NCBI GenBank assembly: GCA_963705305.1
Contig: OY970067.1
Location: 640,001 to 704,000, forward strand
Source of the DNA: an uncultured Methylomirabilota bacterium
GTDB taxonomy: Bacteria > Methylomirabilota > Methylomirabilia > Methylomirabilales > 2-02-FULL-66-22
DNA: 64,000 nucleotides
Reading direction: 5' to 3'
The notes beneath the pieces were generated by a model. It did no database searches and had not been told where the DNA came from. It worked only from the letters and a program-made list of their open reading frames with translations. Positions 8,197-17,711 of this stretch are shown here, in pieces. The first letter of the stretch is position 1. Each line of letters opens with the position of its first letter. Made by a program: the position numbers and the translations under genes.

Positions 8197-9783
8197 TCAG
8201 GCGGGGTGCCCGCCCGGCGGCCCGGGATCGGCGCGTGGCTCCGGGGCGGTCCCCGCCTGGGGGGCGTCGCGGAGCAGCCGGTCGGCGTACTGCGGGTACA
8301 GCCGTCGGATGCACTCCGGACAGATGCCGTGGGAGAACTGGATGGCGGTGGCGGTCCGGATGTAGTCCTCGAGGGAGACCCAGCGGTCCGGCCTTCCCGG
8401 CTGAGGGGGATCCACGCGGATACGCTTGCAGCTCGAGCAGACGGGCAGCAGACCCTCCAGCCGTTGTACGTGGGCCAGGGTCTGCTCCAGCTCTTGGTTC
8501 TTCCGGTCGAGGGCCTCCGTCTGCTGTACCAGGGACTCGGTCCGCTTGGCCACCAGGCCCTCGAGCTGGTCGGTGTGCTCCCGCACGGCGGCCGCCATGA
8601 TGGAGAACGCCGAGGTCAGGTTGCCGATCTCGTCCTGTCGGTCAGAGGAGAGCTGCACCGAGTAGTCCCCTCGCTGCAGCCGACCAGCCGACTCGGCCAG
8701 GGGGACCAACCGGCGCAGCACGAGACGGTCGATCAGCCATCCGACGAGCACGGCGAATGCCAGCATCGCCACGGCAGCCAGGGCCAAGAGCGGCAGGAAC
8801 GCCCGCCGGTCGATGACCTTGGCCAGATCCACCACTGCCAGGGCGTACCATTTCAGCTCTGGCAGGTAGGCCACCCCGACCACCTGGCGCCGTCCATCCA
8901 TCATCAGTGGGATGACTGCGGCGTCGGCCCGGCCGTCGGCGAGGCGGGCGACGATCGGCTGCAGCCGCTCCAGCGCTTCACCGCCGAGCAGCCTGTCCAG
9001 CCGGACCCGCGACCTCTCCCTTTGCGTGACGGAGTCGAAATCGATGAGTGCCCGATTGGGCTGGGCCTGCACGTACAGATCCTGGTCGACCAGGATATTC
9101 TCGACGCCCAGGTCGCCTCGGTCGATGAATCGCCGCAGGAAGTCGGAGAGGTCGATCCCCGACCCGGCGATGCCGAGCGGGCGGGCGGCCGCATCGCGCA
9201 TGACCACGTTGATCCAGACCTTCACCAGGCCGAGCTGCTCGCTGGGGCTGACGTTCAGCGCGTAATCGGACACGCGCTGGCGGGTGGCGAAGTACCAGGC
9301 ATCGGATGGGCGGGACGGTTTCAGGGTGTAGGCCAGCTCCTTGCCGGCGTGGCTGTTTTGGGCGTCATTGAAGTAGTAGTGCAGGGTCCGGTTGATGGCA
9401 TAGAACCAGGTGCCGCTGGAGAGCCGGAGGCGGAAACTTTCCAGCTCGGCCAGCGCCTGGGCCCGCAGGGCCGGATTGTCCTCGTCGGCGGCCCAGCTGC
9501 GGAGGAGCGGGGACGCCGCCATCTGCCGGGCCAGGGCGATCTCCCGGGTGACCGGCTCCCGGATGAGCGATTTGTTCGCCAGGACCTGCATCCGGGCGAT
9601 GACGGTCCCCAACCGCTCGGTGACCCGGGTGAGGACGGCCTCGAAGCCCAGCACCATCAGGACGCCGGTGGCGACGTAGACCGCCAGGATCAGGATGAGC
9701 ATGCGGGGGCGAAGACCTCCGAGGCGTCGAAGGTGCCGCCGCAGCCCTTCCCGCAGGCCGGTGTGCCAGCGCGTCTCAGTCAT
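8197..9783 (-). CDS. Membrane Cache-HAMP sensor with C-terminal Cys/His putative Zn-binding domain
   Basis: Two TM segments flank a Cache-like region; HAMP (DEIGNLTSAF); coiled coil; tail LLPVCSSCKRIR...W...FSHGICPEC. No kinase, GGDEF or MCP domain. Confidence 0.8.
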   Translation of the reverse strand: MTETRWHTGLREGLRRHLRRLGGLRPRMLILILAVYVATGVLMVLGFEAVLTRVTERLGTVIARMQVLANKSLIREPVTREIALARQMAASPLLRSWAADEDNPALRAQALAELESFRLRLSSGTWFYAINRTLHYYFNDAQNSHAGKELAYTLKPSRPSDAWYFATRQRVSDYALNVSPSEQLGLVKVWINVVMRDAAARPLGIAGSGIDLSDFLRRFIDRGDLGVENILVDQDLYVQAQPNRALIDFDSVTQRERSRVRLDRLLGGEALERLQPIVARLADGRADAAVIPLMMDGRRQVVGVAYLPELKWYALAVVDLAKVIDRRAFLPLLALAAVAMLAFAVLVGWLIDRLVLRRLVPLAESAGRLQRGDYSVQLSSDRQDEIGNLTSAFSIMAAAVREHTDQLEGLVAKRTESLVQQTEALDRKNQELEQTLAHVQRLEGLLPVCSSCKRIRVDPPQPGRPDRWVSLEDYIRTATAIQFSHGICPECIRRLYPQYADRLLRDAPQAGTAPEPRADPGPPGGHPA

Positions 9784-10324
9784 CGGATCATCCGATCCTC
9801 GGCGGAGTGGCCGTGCCGCAGCTTCTCACCGAAAAGCCGGCCATCCGAACCGGGCAATCCAGTAGGATTCCCCGCCTCCGGCACTCCCCTCGTTTTCGAA
9901 AGCTTATCGCCCGCCCACCTGGAAAGCAAGCGCCCAGTACGGGCTGCGTCGGGCTCCGGTCGCAGACGGCTCCCCTCTTGCTCCGGTCTTGTTCCGTGCC
10001 GCGCCCACCTTGACCGGAGGAGCCCGTCGGTGCTATAAGACCTTCACCTTCTTGCGATCTACCGGGAGGAGGCCGGGACGACCGCCTCTGCGCCTCCACC
10101 ACCGAGTATAGCGGTGTGCCCATGCAGTCCTTCCGTTCCCGCGCGTCATTCCTGGATCCCCAATCCGCGATTCGAAATGTGCTTCCGCACCCCCAGCCCC
10201 CTCTTCCCAGCGGGCACCCTCGCCATACCGGGAGCATCCGCATGCAATGCAAAATGGACCAGGCCGTATCGCTTGGCCTTCGACGTGTCTCAGCGTCCTC
10301 CAACCGAGCGGGGAGGTCGGATCC

Positions 10325-11440
10325 ATGAGGTGGTCTTCCGTATCGAGCCTTCGCGCACGCCTGCTTCTCCTTGTCCTGGTGTCCCTTATCCCTGCCCGCG
10401 GCCTGGGGATCTACACGACCTGGGAAATGCGCCAGGCCGCCCGGACGGAAGCGCTGCGAGACGCCATGCGGCTAGCCCGGATCACCTCCGCCGCGGGGGA
10501 ACGGCTGATCGAGGGGACCCACCAGATCCTGACCGTCCTGGCGCGCCTCCCCGAGGTCCGCAGGCAGGATGCCGCCGCGTGTAGCAAGCTCTTTGCGGAC
10601 CTGTTGAAGCCTTATCCCCACTTTTCAAATCTCGGTGCGGCCGCGTTGAACGGGAACGTGTTCTGTAGCGCCGTCCCGTTCGAGGGCGTCGCCAACATTG
10701 TTGACCGACCCTATTTTCAACGGGCCGTTGACCGGAAGGATTTTGCCCCGGGGGAATACCGGATCGGCCAGATCACCGGAAAGGCCGTCATCAATTTCGG
10801 CTACCCCGTCCTCGACGGCACCGGCCAGGTCACGGCTGTCGTGTATGCGGGACTGGACCTGTCGTGGCTCAGCCGCCTCCTCGCTGAGGCCCGGTTGCCC
10901 GAGAATTCGACCATCACGGTCGTGGATGTTGCGGGGCAGGTCCTCGCACGCTACCCTGACCCGGGGCAGTGGGTCGGTAGGTCTTTTCCCGACGCCCCGT
11001 TCGTCAGGGCCGCTATTTCTCAGCAGGATCAAGGGACCGTCGAGGGGCAAGGTCTGGACAGCACACCGCGTCTTTACGCGTTCACCCCGCTTCTGGCCGG
11101 GGGGCGAGAACGAATGGCCTATGTGTACGTTGGCATCCCCAGCGACAGCGCCTTTGCCAAGGTGAACCAGATTGACAACCAGACCTTCGTCGGGTTTGGA
11201 ATCGTGCTAGTATTCGCGTTGCTGGCCACGGCGATTGGGTCAAGAGTGCTCATCCTACGGCCCGTGACCGCGCTAGTGCAGGCCATGCGGCGGCTCGGCT
11301 CCGGGGACCTCGCTGCGCGCACAGGGTTGCCGCACACGGCCTCGGAGGTCGGCCAGCTCGCTGCCGCCCTGGATGAGATGGCCGAACGACTGGAGGCACG
11401 GCGAGGCTCCTCAGTACAGGAGTCGGGCGCTCCAGAATGA
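10325..11440 (+). CDS. Cache-HAMP membrane protein lacking an output domain
   Basis: SLRARLLLLVL TM, DRPYFQRA Cache motif, second TM, HAMP (EVGQLAAALDEMAERLE), stop about 15 aa later. ATG follows ggagg. Confidence 0.75.
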   Translation: MRWSSVSSLRARLLLLVLVSLIPARGLGIYTTWEMRQAARTEALRDAMRLARITSAAGERLIEGTHQILTVLARLPEVRRQDAAACSKLFADLLKPYPHFSNLGAAALNGNVFCSAVPFEGVANIVDRPYFQRAVDRKDFAPGEYRIGQITGKAVINFGYPVLDGTGQVTAVVYAGLDLSWLSRLLAEARLPENSTITVVDVAGQVLARYPDPGQWVGRSFPDAPFVRAAISQQDQGTVEGQGLDSTPRLYAFTPLLAGGRERMAYVYVGIPSDSAFAKVNQIDNQTFVGFGIVLVFALLATAIGSRVLILRPVTALVQAMRRLGSGDLAARTGLPHTASEVGQLAAALDEMAERLEARRGSSVQESGAPE

Positions 11441-11538
11441 TCGGGTGATCTCTCACACAGCTGCCAGGTGTGAACGCTCGACGGGCGCGTGGCTGGACCG
11501 TTCGGCCTGTAAACTCGTCACGGGAGAAAGGAGACACG

Positions 11539-12453
11539 ATGGTGCGCGTGGCGCTGGTGAAGGGCGATGATCGGCCGCGGAACATCCGGAGGGCTCTGGA
11601 CCTAATCGCCGACCAGATCAACCTTGGGGGCCGACGGCCGGTGATCAAGGTCAATTTCGTGTCGACGTACGTGCCGCTATGCGCGACCCATGTGGATGCA
11701 GCCCGAGCCGTCGTGGAGTTCCTGCGGGACCACGGCGAGCGGGATATCGCCATCGCCGAGGGCGCCGCCTGGGGGACGACCCCGAGGGGCTTCCGCGACT
11801 ACGGGTACCTGGAGCTGGCGAGCGAGTACGGCGTGGAGCTGATCGACCTGAATGACTCCGACTCCTGGACGACGGTCCACGTCGTGCACCCCGATATGAA
11901 GCCGCACCCGGTGAAGCTGTCACCGGTCATGATGGATCCGCAGAATTACATCATCTCCCTCACCCGGCTCAAGACGCACCTGCAGGTCGGCGTGACGCTG
12001 ACGGCCAAGAACGTGATCATGGGCGCTATCCTGGTCATGGACAAGTACCGCATGCACCCGAGCGAGGCTGGCAATCGGGTGCTCGACTATAATCTCTTCA
12101 CGGTCATGCGGCACCTCCACATCGACCTCGGCGTCTTGGACGGCTGGGAGGGAATGCAGGGGAAGGGGCCTGTCTTTGGCGAGCCGGTGGACCACCGGGT
12201 AGCGCTCGCCGGGACGGATTTCGTGGCCGTCGACCGGGTGGGCACGGAGGTCATGGGGGTGGATTTCGACGAGATCCGCTACCTCAACTATCTCTGGGAC
12301 CACGGGATCGGAGAAGGCGATCTGTCGAAGATCCAGGTGGTCGGCGAGACGATCGAGGGCTGCCGCCGTTCGTACCAGATGGCGCTGCGGTTCCTGCGGG
12401 ACCGGCGACAGGAGAGCAAAGGGCAATTGGCGGAGCTGGCCGTCCAGGACTGA
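11539..12453 (+). CDS. DUF362 domain protein
   Basis: VIKVN, IAEG, LKTH..VGVTLTAKN, D..EGMQG.GP, D.VAVD motifs; aaggag RBS. Confidence 0.8.
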   Translation: MVRVALVKGDDRPRNIRRALDLIADQINLGGRRPVIKVNFVSTYVPLCATHVDAARAVVEFLRDHGERDIAIAEGAAWGTTPRGFRDYGYLELASEYGVELIDLNDSDSWTTVHVVHPDMKPHPVKLSPVMMDPQNYIISLTRLKTHLQVGVTLTAKNVIMGAILVMDKYRMHPSEAGNRVLDYNLFTVMRHLHIDLGVLDGWEGMQGKGPVFGEPVDHRVALAGTDFVAVDRVGTEVMGVDFDEIRYLNYLWDHGIGEGDLSKIQVVGETIEGCRRSYQMALRFLRDRRQESKGQLAELAVQD

Positions 12454-12578
12454 ACCGTAGGTCCGGTTGGCAACCTGCCGCTTTTTCGATGTCAGGCCCC
12501 ATTCTCTTGGCCGGAAAATGCCCCCGAATGTTTCCACCGGCAAGAGATCGCGGGGGCGGCACGTTCTTCCGGAACCCC

Positions 12579-12607
12579 TTCGGCGGAGCGGGTTGGCGGA
12601 GTACAAT
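12579..12607 (+). promoter_or_regulatory. Candidate sigma70 promoter for yhhQ
   Basis: TTCGGC-N17-TACAAT about 125 nt upstream of the ATG. Confidence 0.4.
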
Positions 12608-12732
12608 AGCCCTCCCCGCGCTGGGATGGCTGGTTCCCCGCGCAAGACTTCTTGCGGGCCGCCATTCTTACCCGGAGGGTGGACGCGGCAGGCGTGGCCC
12701 GGACAGCCAGCAGCGAGGAAGAGGCGCGGAAA

Positions 12733-13440
12733 ATGTCCGCACGAACGAGCCAGTCAACTCCTTCTTGCGGCGGATACTCTCACTACTTCGTGATCCTCGT
12801 CGCCGTCTTCATCACCTGCTTGATCAGCGCGAACATCACGGCGGTCAAGCTCGTGGACGCCTTTGGATTCGTTCTCCCCGCCGCGATCGTCATCTTCCCC
12901 ATGAGCTACATCATCGGCGACGTCCTGACCGAGGTCTATGGCTACCGCCAGGCGCGATTGGTCATCTGGCTGGGCTTCTTCTGCAATGTGATCGTCGTGG
13001 CAGCCATCTGGCTGGGGCAGGTGCTGCCCGCCGCCTCGTTCTGGGACGGCCAGGCCGCCTACTCACGCATCCTGGGCTACACCCCCCGTCTGCTGGCTGC
13101 CTCCTTCCTCGCCTATCTCGTGGGGGAGTTCGCCAACTCGCTGGTGCTGGCCAAGATGAAGATTGCCACGGGAGGGCGCTGGCTGTGGACACGCACCATC
13201 GGCTCCACTTTGGTGGGACAGGCGCTGGACTCGCTGGTGTTCATCACCCTGGCGTTCATCGGGACGATCCCTTTCGATCGGCTGATCTCCGTCGTCATCA
13301 CCCAGTGGCTGGCGAAATCGGCCTACGAGGCGGCCGCGACGCCCCTCACATACACCGTGGTGAAATTCTTGAAGCGGAAAGAGGGGCTGGACGTTTATGA
13401 CTACGAGACGGACTTCAACCCGCTGTCGCTGAGGCAGTGA
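12733..13440 (+). CDS. yhhQ: Queuosine precursor transporter (VUT family)
   Basis: ISANITAVK, FPMSYIIGDVLTEVYG, ASFLAYLVGEF, RTIGSTLVGQ.LDS motifs. Confidence 0.9.
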   Translation: MSARTSQSTPSCGGYSHYFVILVAVFITCLISANITAVKLVDAFGFVLPAAIVIFPMSYIIGDVLTEVYGYRQARLVIWLGFFCNVIVVAAIWLGQVLPAASFWDGQAAYSRILGYTPRLLAASFLAYLVGEFANSLVLAKMKIATGGRWLWTRTIGSTLVGQALDSLVFITLAFIGTIPFDRLISVVITQWLAKSAYEAAATPLTYTVVKFLKRKEGLDVYDYETDFNPLSLRQ

Positions 13441-13539
13441 ACTCTTGGCGCCGGACGCAGGTCAGTGGGGGGACGTTTTTGACTACGTTGACTTGTTTGG
13501 CTGGGACCCTGCGGGCGTTCCCTCTTGGCACTCCACCAT

Positions 13540-13653
13540 TCAGGACCTGGCTGTTTCTACGGAGTCAAAGGACCGTCCTTCCGGCGATCCCTGCACGCAC
13601 CTCGCGTTCATGCCGCAACGACCTCCCCGCGCGAAGCTGATTGTCTGCGGCAT
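13540..13653 (-). pseudogene. Short gene remnant (MPQTISFARG...), possibly the N-terminus of a PLP aminotransferase
   Basis: RBS gagagga before ATG; ISFARG resembles class I aminotransferase N-termini; stop after 37 aa. Confidence 0.3.
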
Positions 13654-13696
13654 GTTCGTCCTCTCGCGGCGATCTGCGGCCGGCCCAGGTCGGCTC

Positions 13697-13888
13697 TCAG
13701 CGGCCCATCACCAGATCCGGCAGATACGTCACCGTCCATCGAGCGTATGTAACCGGCATGCGCACCTCAACCAGGGCCAGGAGGAATATCCCGCGCTCTC
13801 GGGTGAAGTCCGTCACCAGGAGCCGCGCTGTTAGGAGCACCAGCGAGACCACGACCCGGGCTGGGGCCTCCATGCGGCCGGCGCTCAC
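13697..13888 (-). pseudogene. Internally deleted TRAP large-permease (DctM) remnant
   Basis: RBS gggagggg; 63-aa product ends IFLLALVEVRMPVTYARWTVTYLPDLVMGR, resembling a DctM C-terminus (compare VTFVPWFSLMVPRML of the intact dctM at 3014). Confidence 0.55.
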
Positions 13889-13919
13889 CGGTCCCCCTCC
13901 CTGATTTTCCCTTCCGCCG

Positions 13920-14918
13920 TCAGAGCCCCTTGCCCGCCAGCGCGGCGCTCATCGTGATGGCCCGCACGATCATGTTATGCTTGGCCACGCCCTTCCAGGC
14001 AATGTCGTAGGCCGTCCCGTGCGGCACGGTGACGACGGGCGCCGGCATTCCCAGGAACAGGCTCACGCCGGGCCGGTCGCGCCCGATGATCTTTCGTCCG
14101 ATGTTGGCCTGGTCATGGTACATCAGGACCAGGCCCCGGAAGTCGCCGCGCAGCGCCAGCGGAAAGGCGCTGTCCGGGGGCAGGGGTCCGGTGACCAGGA
14201 ACCCCTCGCCCTTCGCCTGCCGGATGGCCGGCCCGATCACGTCGATCTCCTCCCGGCCGAACATCCCCCCCTCGCCTCCGTGCACGTTCAACGCCACCAC
14301 GCCGATGCTGAGGGGCTCCACCCCCGCTGCCTGCAATACCCTGTGCAGCGAGCGGATCTTGGCCAGCACCGCCTCCTTCGTGATCAGGTCGGGAATCGCC
14401 CGGAACGACACGTGGAAGGTCACCGGCGTTGTCTAGATGCCGGCCACCTCCCCCACCTGGTAGGCTGCCCCCTGCGCGAAGCACTCTTCGAAGTAGGTCA
14501 TGTCGTCCATGGCCTTGTAACCGGCCAGGTGGAACGCCTCCTTGTTGAACGGACCCGACGCGATTCCGGCTACCTCGCCGGCCTTGGCTAGAACCACCGC
14601 CTTGCGGCAGCAGGCCGCAGCCGCCTCGCCCCAGCGGGCATCCAGCGTCCCCGGCTTCAGCGCGTCGGGCGGCAGCTCCCCCGCGGGCAGCACGTCCAGC
14701 GTCTTCGGATCCTCCCCGGCGCCGCGGGCCGAGGCGATGGGACGAACCTGGAGCCCCACCTTGACCAGCTCTACCGCCCGGGCCATCACGCGGGGGTCGC
14801 CGACGACGACGGGACGGCACGCCTGGCGGACTTCCGTCTCCCCCAGGGCGCGGGCCACGATCTCCGGCGCGATCCCGGCGGGGTCGCCCATGGTAATCGC
14901 AACGGCTGGCACGCTCAT
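13920..14918 (-). pseudogene. PdxA-family oxidative decarboxylase interrupted by in-frame TAG at 14433-14435
   Basis: ITMGDPAGIAPEI N-terminus and TFHV, NVHGGE, YHDQ, HGTAYDIA are all in one frame, separated only by atc-TAG-aca. Confidence 0.85.
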
Positions 14919-14928
14919 GATCTCTCCT

Positions 14929-15603
14929 CTATTCGAGGATCGCCATCGCACGGATGGGCGATCCGGTTGCCCCCTTGATGCGCAGGGGAACGCCGACGAA
15001 CTGAAAGCGGTGCACCGGCACGGTCTCCAGGAACATGACGTGCTCCATGATGGGAATGCCGCGGCCGAGCAGCGCAAGGTGCACCGGACGGCTCATATCG
15101 CGGGGATCGTCCGGCGTCGCCAGGTCGCAGCCCAGGGCCTTGATGCCCCGCGCCACGGCCCACTCGCCCGCCGCCCCGCCAAAGCCGGCGCAGCGCATGA
15201 AACCGTCGTCCGTATGGTGGCCCGGCCAGGCGCGGAAGAGAAGAATGTCTCCGCGCTCCACCGAAACGTCGGCGGCCGCGCAGGCCGCCTCCAGCATCTC
15301 GGGGGTGATGCGCTGTTCCGGCGGCTTGTCCGAGAAGTCCAGCCAGACCGCCGACCCGACCAGCTGTTCCAGGGGCACGGCCTCGATCGTGCTCTTGTCT
15401 GGAAAGTAGTGGAAGGGCGCATCCACGTGCGTCCCGATATGGTCGGAGAACATCAGGATGCGCGAGGCGAACCCCCGACACGGGGGTGCGAACCGCGGCG
15501 CCGTCCCGGCGTGGTTGGCGAACTCCAGCACCACGCAGCGCGCATGCGCGGGGTGCGTGGACATATTGTCGTGCAGCTCGAGGGTCAGGTCGATGATTCG
15601 CAT
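14929..15603 (-). CDS. Cyclase family (kynurenine formamidase-like) metal hydrolase
   Basis: IIDLT, HIGTHVDAPFH, H..LL..GIPIME, PLRIKGATGSPIRA motifs. Confidence 0.9.
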   Translation of the reverse strand: MRIIDLTLELHDNMSTHPAHARCVVLEFANHAGTAPRFAPPCRGFASRILMFSDHIGTHVDAPFHYFPDKSTIEAVPLEQLVGSAVWLDFSDKPPEQRITPEMLEAACAAADVSVERGDILLFRAWPGHHTDDGFMRCAGFGGAAGEWAVARGIKALGCDLATPDDPRDMSRPVHLALLGRGIPIMEHVMFLETVPVHRFQFVGVPLRIKGATGSPIRAMAILE

Positions 15604-15669
15604 GTGCGCTCCGCGTAAGAGAATTGGTCTAGCGCGAGGCCCGGCGCCCAGGGTTCGCGACACGAAGCC

Positions 15670-16725
15670 CTACATCTCCGATCCATCCCCGAATTGGATG
15701 ATCGTCTTGACGTTGTCCGGCAGCTTCCCCGCGGCCAGCGCGGCCACCATCTCCGGCGCCTGCTCGAGCCGGATCCGCTCGGAGACGAGCGATGGGAATT
15801 GATGGAGGCCCCCTTGCTCCCACAAGCGGATGGCGAACCGGTAATCGACCGCCGTGTACATCGAGGTGCCCAGGACGGCCTGCTCGCGCGCCTGGATCAC
15901 CCGCGCCTCGACTCCCCCGCCCGTGAAGAACGAGGCGATGATGACCAGGCGCCCCATCCGCCGGCACAGCGCGACGGCCTGCGCCAGCACATCCGGGGCG
16001 GCGGCCGCCACGAAGACCACGTCTACGCCCAGCCCGTCGGTGGCCCCGAGGACCGCCTGCACCACATCCTGCCGGGACGGATCGATCACGAGATCGGCCC
16101 CGCAGCGGAGAGCCAGATCCCGTTTGGGGGCGCTCGGGTCGGTCGCCACGGTCCATCCCGGCGTGGTCGCCTGGGCAGCGAGGAGGGTCATCATGCCGAT
16201 CGTCCCCACGCCGAGGATCGCCACCGTCTCGCCCGTCCGAAGGTCGGACCGGCGTACCGCGTGCAGCCCCACGCAAAAGGGCTCCAGCATGGCGGCCTCT
16301 TCGAAGGGCATCCGGGCGGGCATGGGATGGCACATGCTCTCCGCAGCGACGACGTATTCGGCGAAGGCTCCGATCCAGTCCCCTACGCCGATGAAACGCT
16401 TGTCCGGACACTCGTGATAGTTGCCCTGGCGGCAGAGGCTGCACCGGCCGCAGCCGAGGTGCGGCTCGACGGCCACCCGGTCCCCCATCCGGCGTGAGGC
16501 GACGCCCGGTCCCGCTGCAACGACCTCTCCCGCCAGCTCGTGACCCGTGATCACCGGCGGCCGGCGAAACGTGTGCGTCCCCTTGAATGCCGCGACGTCG
16601 CTGGCGCAGATCCCCGCCGCCTTCACCCGGATGAGGACCTCGCCTTCACGTGGCGTCGGCACAGGCACCTCCACGAGCTCCGCCCGTCCCGCCTCCGGAA
16701 ACCGCATGGCCTTCATGACATCCAT
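15670..16725 (-). CDS. Zn-dependent alcohol/polyol dehydrogenase (MDR)
   Basis: GICASD, GHELAG, CGRCSLCRQGNYHEC, GVGTIG motifs. Confidence 0.92.
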   Translation of the reverse strand: MDVMKAMRFPEAGRAELVEVPVPTPREGEVLIRVKAAGICASDVAAFKGTHTFRRPPVITGHELAGEVVAAGPGVASRRMGDRVAVEPHLGCGRCSLCRQGNYHECPDKRFIGVGDWIGAFAEYVVAAESMCHPMPARMPFEEAAMLEPFCVGLHAVRRSDLRTGETVAILGVGTIGMMTLLAAQATTPGWTVATDPSAPKRDLALRCGADLVIDPSRQDVVQAVLGATDGLGVDVVFVAAAAPDVLAQAVALCRRMGRLVIIASFFTGGGVEARVIQAREQAVLGTSMYTAVDYRFAIRLWEQGGLHQFPSLVSERIRLEQAPEMVAALAAGKLPDNVKTIIQFGDGSEM

Positions 16726-16789
16726 TCCTCGGCTCCTCTTCCGGTAACGCTGGCCTTGCGAGGCCGTCTGTCGATCCGGCCGCCCGCCG

Positions 16790-17532
16790 TCACTCCTCGG
16801 CTGCATGCCGGGGGGTGGATGTGAACCCAAGGGACATCTGGTAACGGTCTCCCCGGAAGATGGACTTGCCATATTGCACCGGCCGATCGGGGTCCACGTA
16901 CCAGGTGTGCTCCCGGACCAGGACAGGCGCGCCGATCTTCGTCTCCAGAACCTTGGCTTCTTTCCGGCGGACCACCGACGCCGTCACGCGCAGCGCCAAA
17001 CGCGTGCGGGGCCTCCCCAGGACGCGCCGCACCGCCGGTACCAGCGGCTGGGTGTGGATCTCCTCCTCGGTCAAGGCCTTGCCGATCGGTTCGGGAAGAT
17101 AGCGGATCTCGTACCCGACCACCAGCCCATCCACCAGGCGCAGCCGCTCCAGGACGATGACGGGGGTGCCCGGGGACAGCCCCAGGTTCTCCGTCACCCT
17201 CCCCTCTGTCGGCTCGGTGCGCATGTCCAGCAGCTTGATGCCGGGGCGGGCCCCTTTGGCCCGCATCTCTCGAAGCTCGGGAACGTCTTGGTGTGCTCCA
17301 GCCGGGGCTCGGCCACAAAGCTGCCGCGACCCCGGTGACGGACCACCAGGCCGCCATAGACGAGGCGCGACAGCGCCTGACGGACCGCTGTCCGGCTGAC
17401 GCTGAACTGCTGGGAAAGCCGGGGTTCCGGAGGAATGGGATCGCCTGGCTTGAGCGTGCCGTTCCGAATGCGATCGCGAAGGTGCTCTTCAAGCCGATAG
17501 TAGCAGGGGACGAAACGCTCGGGGGCTCGCAC
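16790..17532 (-). pseudogene. GntR (HutC/UTRA) transcriptional regulator, frameshifted at about 17267
   Basis: HTH (PPEPRLSQQFSVSRTAVRQAL..RGRGSFV) and UTRA domain (LERLRLVDG, FRGDRY) are in different frames; ttc gag ag atg lacks one base. Confidence 0.85.
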
Positions 17533-17561
17533 GGATGCCTCCGGTGGGTTGGCGAGGTAGG

Positions 17562-17591
17562 AGCCTAGTTGTAATGACATTGATATGTCAA
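17562..17591 (-). promoter_or_regulatory. Sigma70 promoter of the GntR gene with overlapping operator-like palindrome
   Basis: TTGACA-N18-TAGGCT on the minus strand; TGACAT-N4-ATGTCA inverted repeat at 17575-17590. Confidence 0.6.
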
Positions 17592-17711
17592 GGCTAATTT
17601 TGGAAAGGGATTGAACTGGCGGGCAGCTACTGTGCCTAGCGTAGCAGGGGCCGGCGCTAAGCCCAGGACAGCAGCTGTGCAGTGCGCCACCCCGAACGAG
17701 GGCGAAGGGGC

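Noticed and set aside
8116..10038. 640-aa plus-strand ORF and similar long antisense ORFs (20615-22483, 33500-35095, 46225-47733, 50890-52440, 62379-63998)
   Set aside because: All lie opposite well-supported genes and lack family motifs.
9788..10326. Short ORFs between the two Cache-HAMP genes
   Set aside because: No recognisable motifs; treated as a divergent promoter region, with a possible TTGACC-N18-TATAAG near 10010-10039.
14433..14435. Genome-wide TAG reassignment
   Set aside because: TAG is the normal stop of several intact genes, for example those ending at 34408, 41702, 42927 and 44337.
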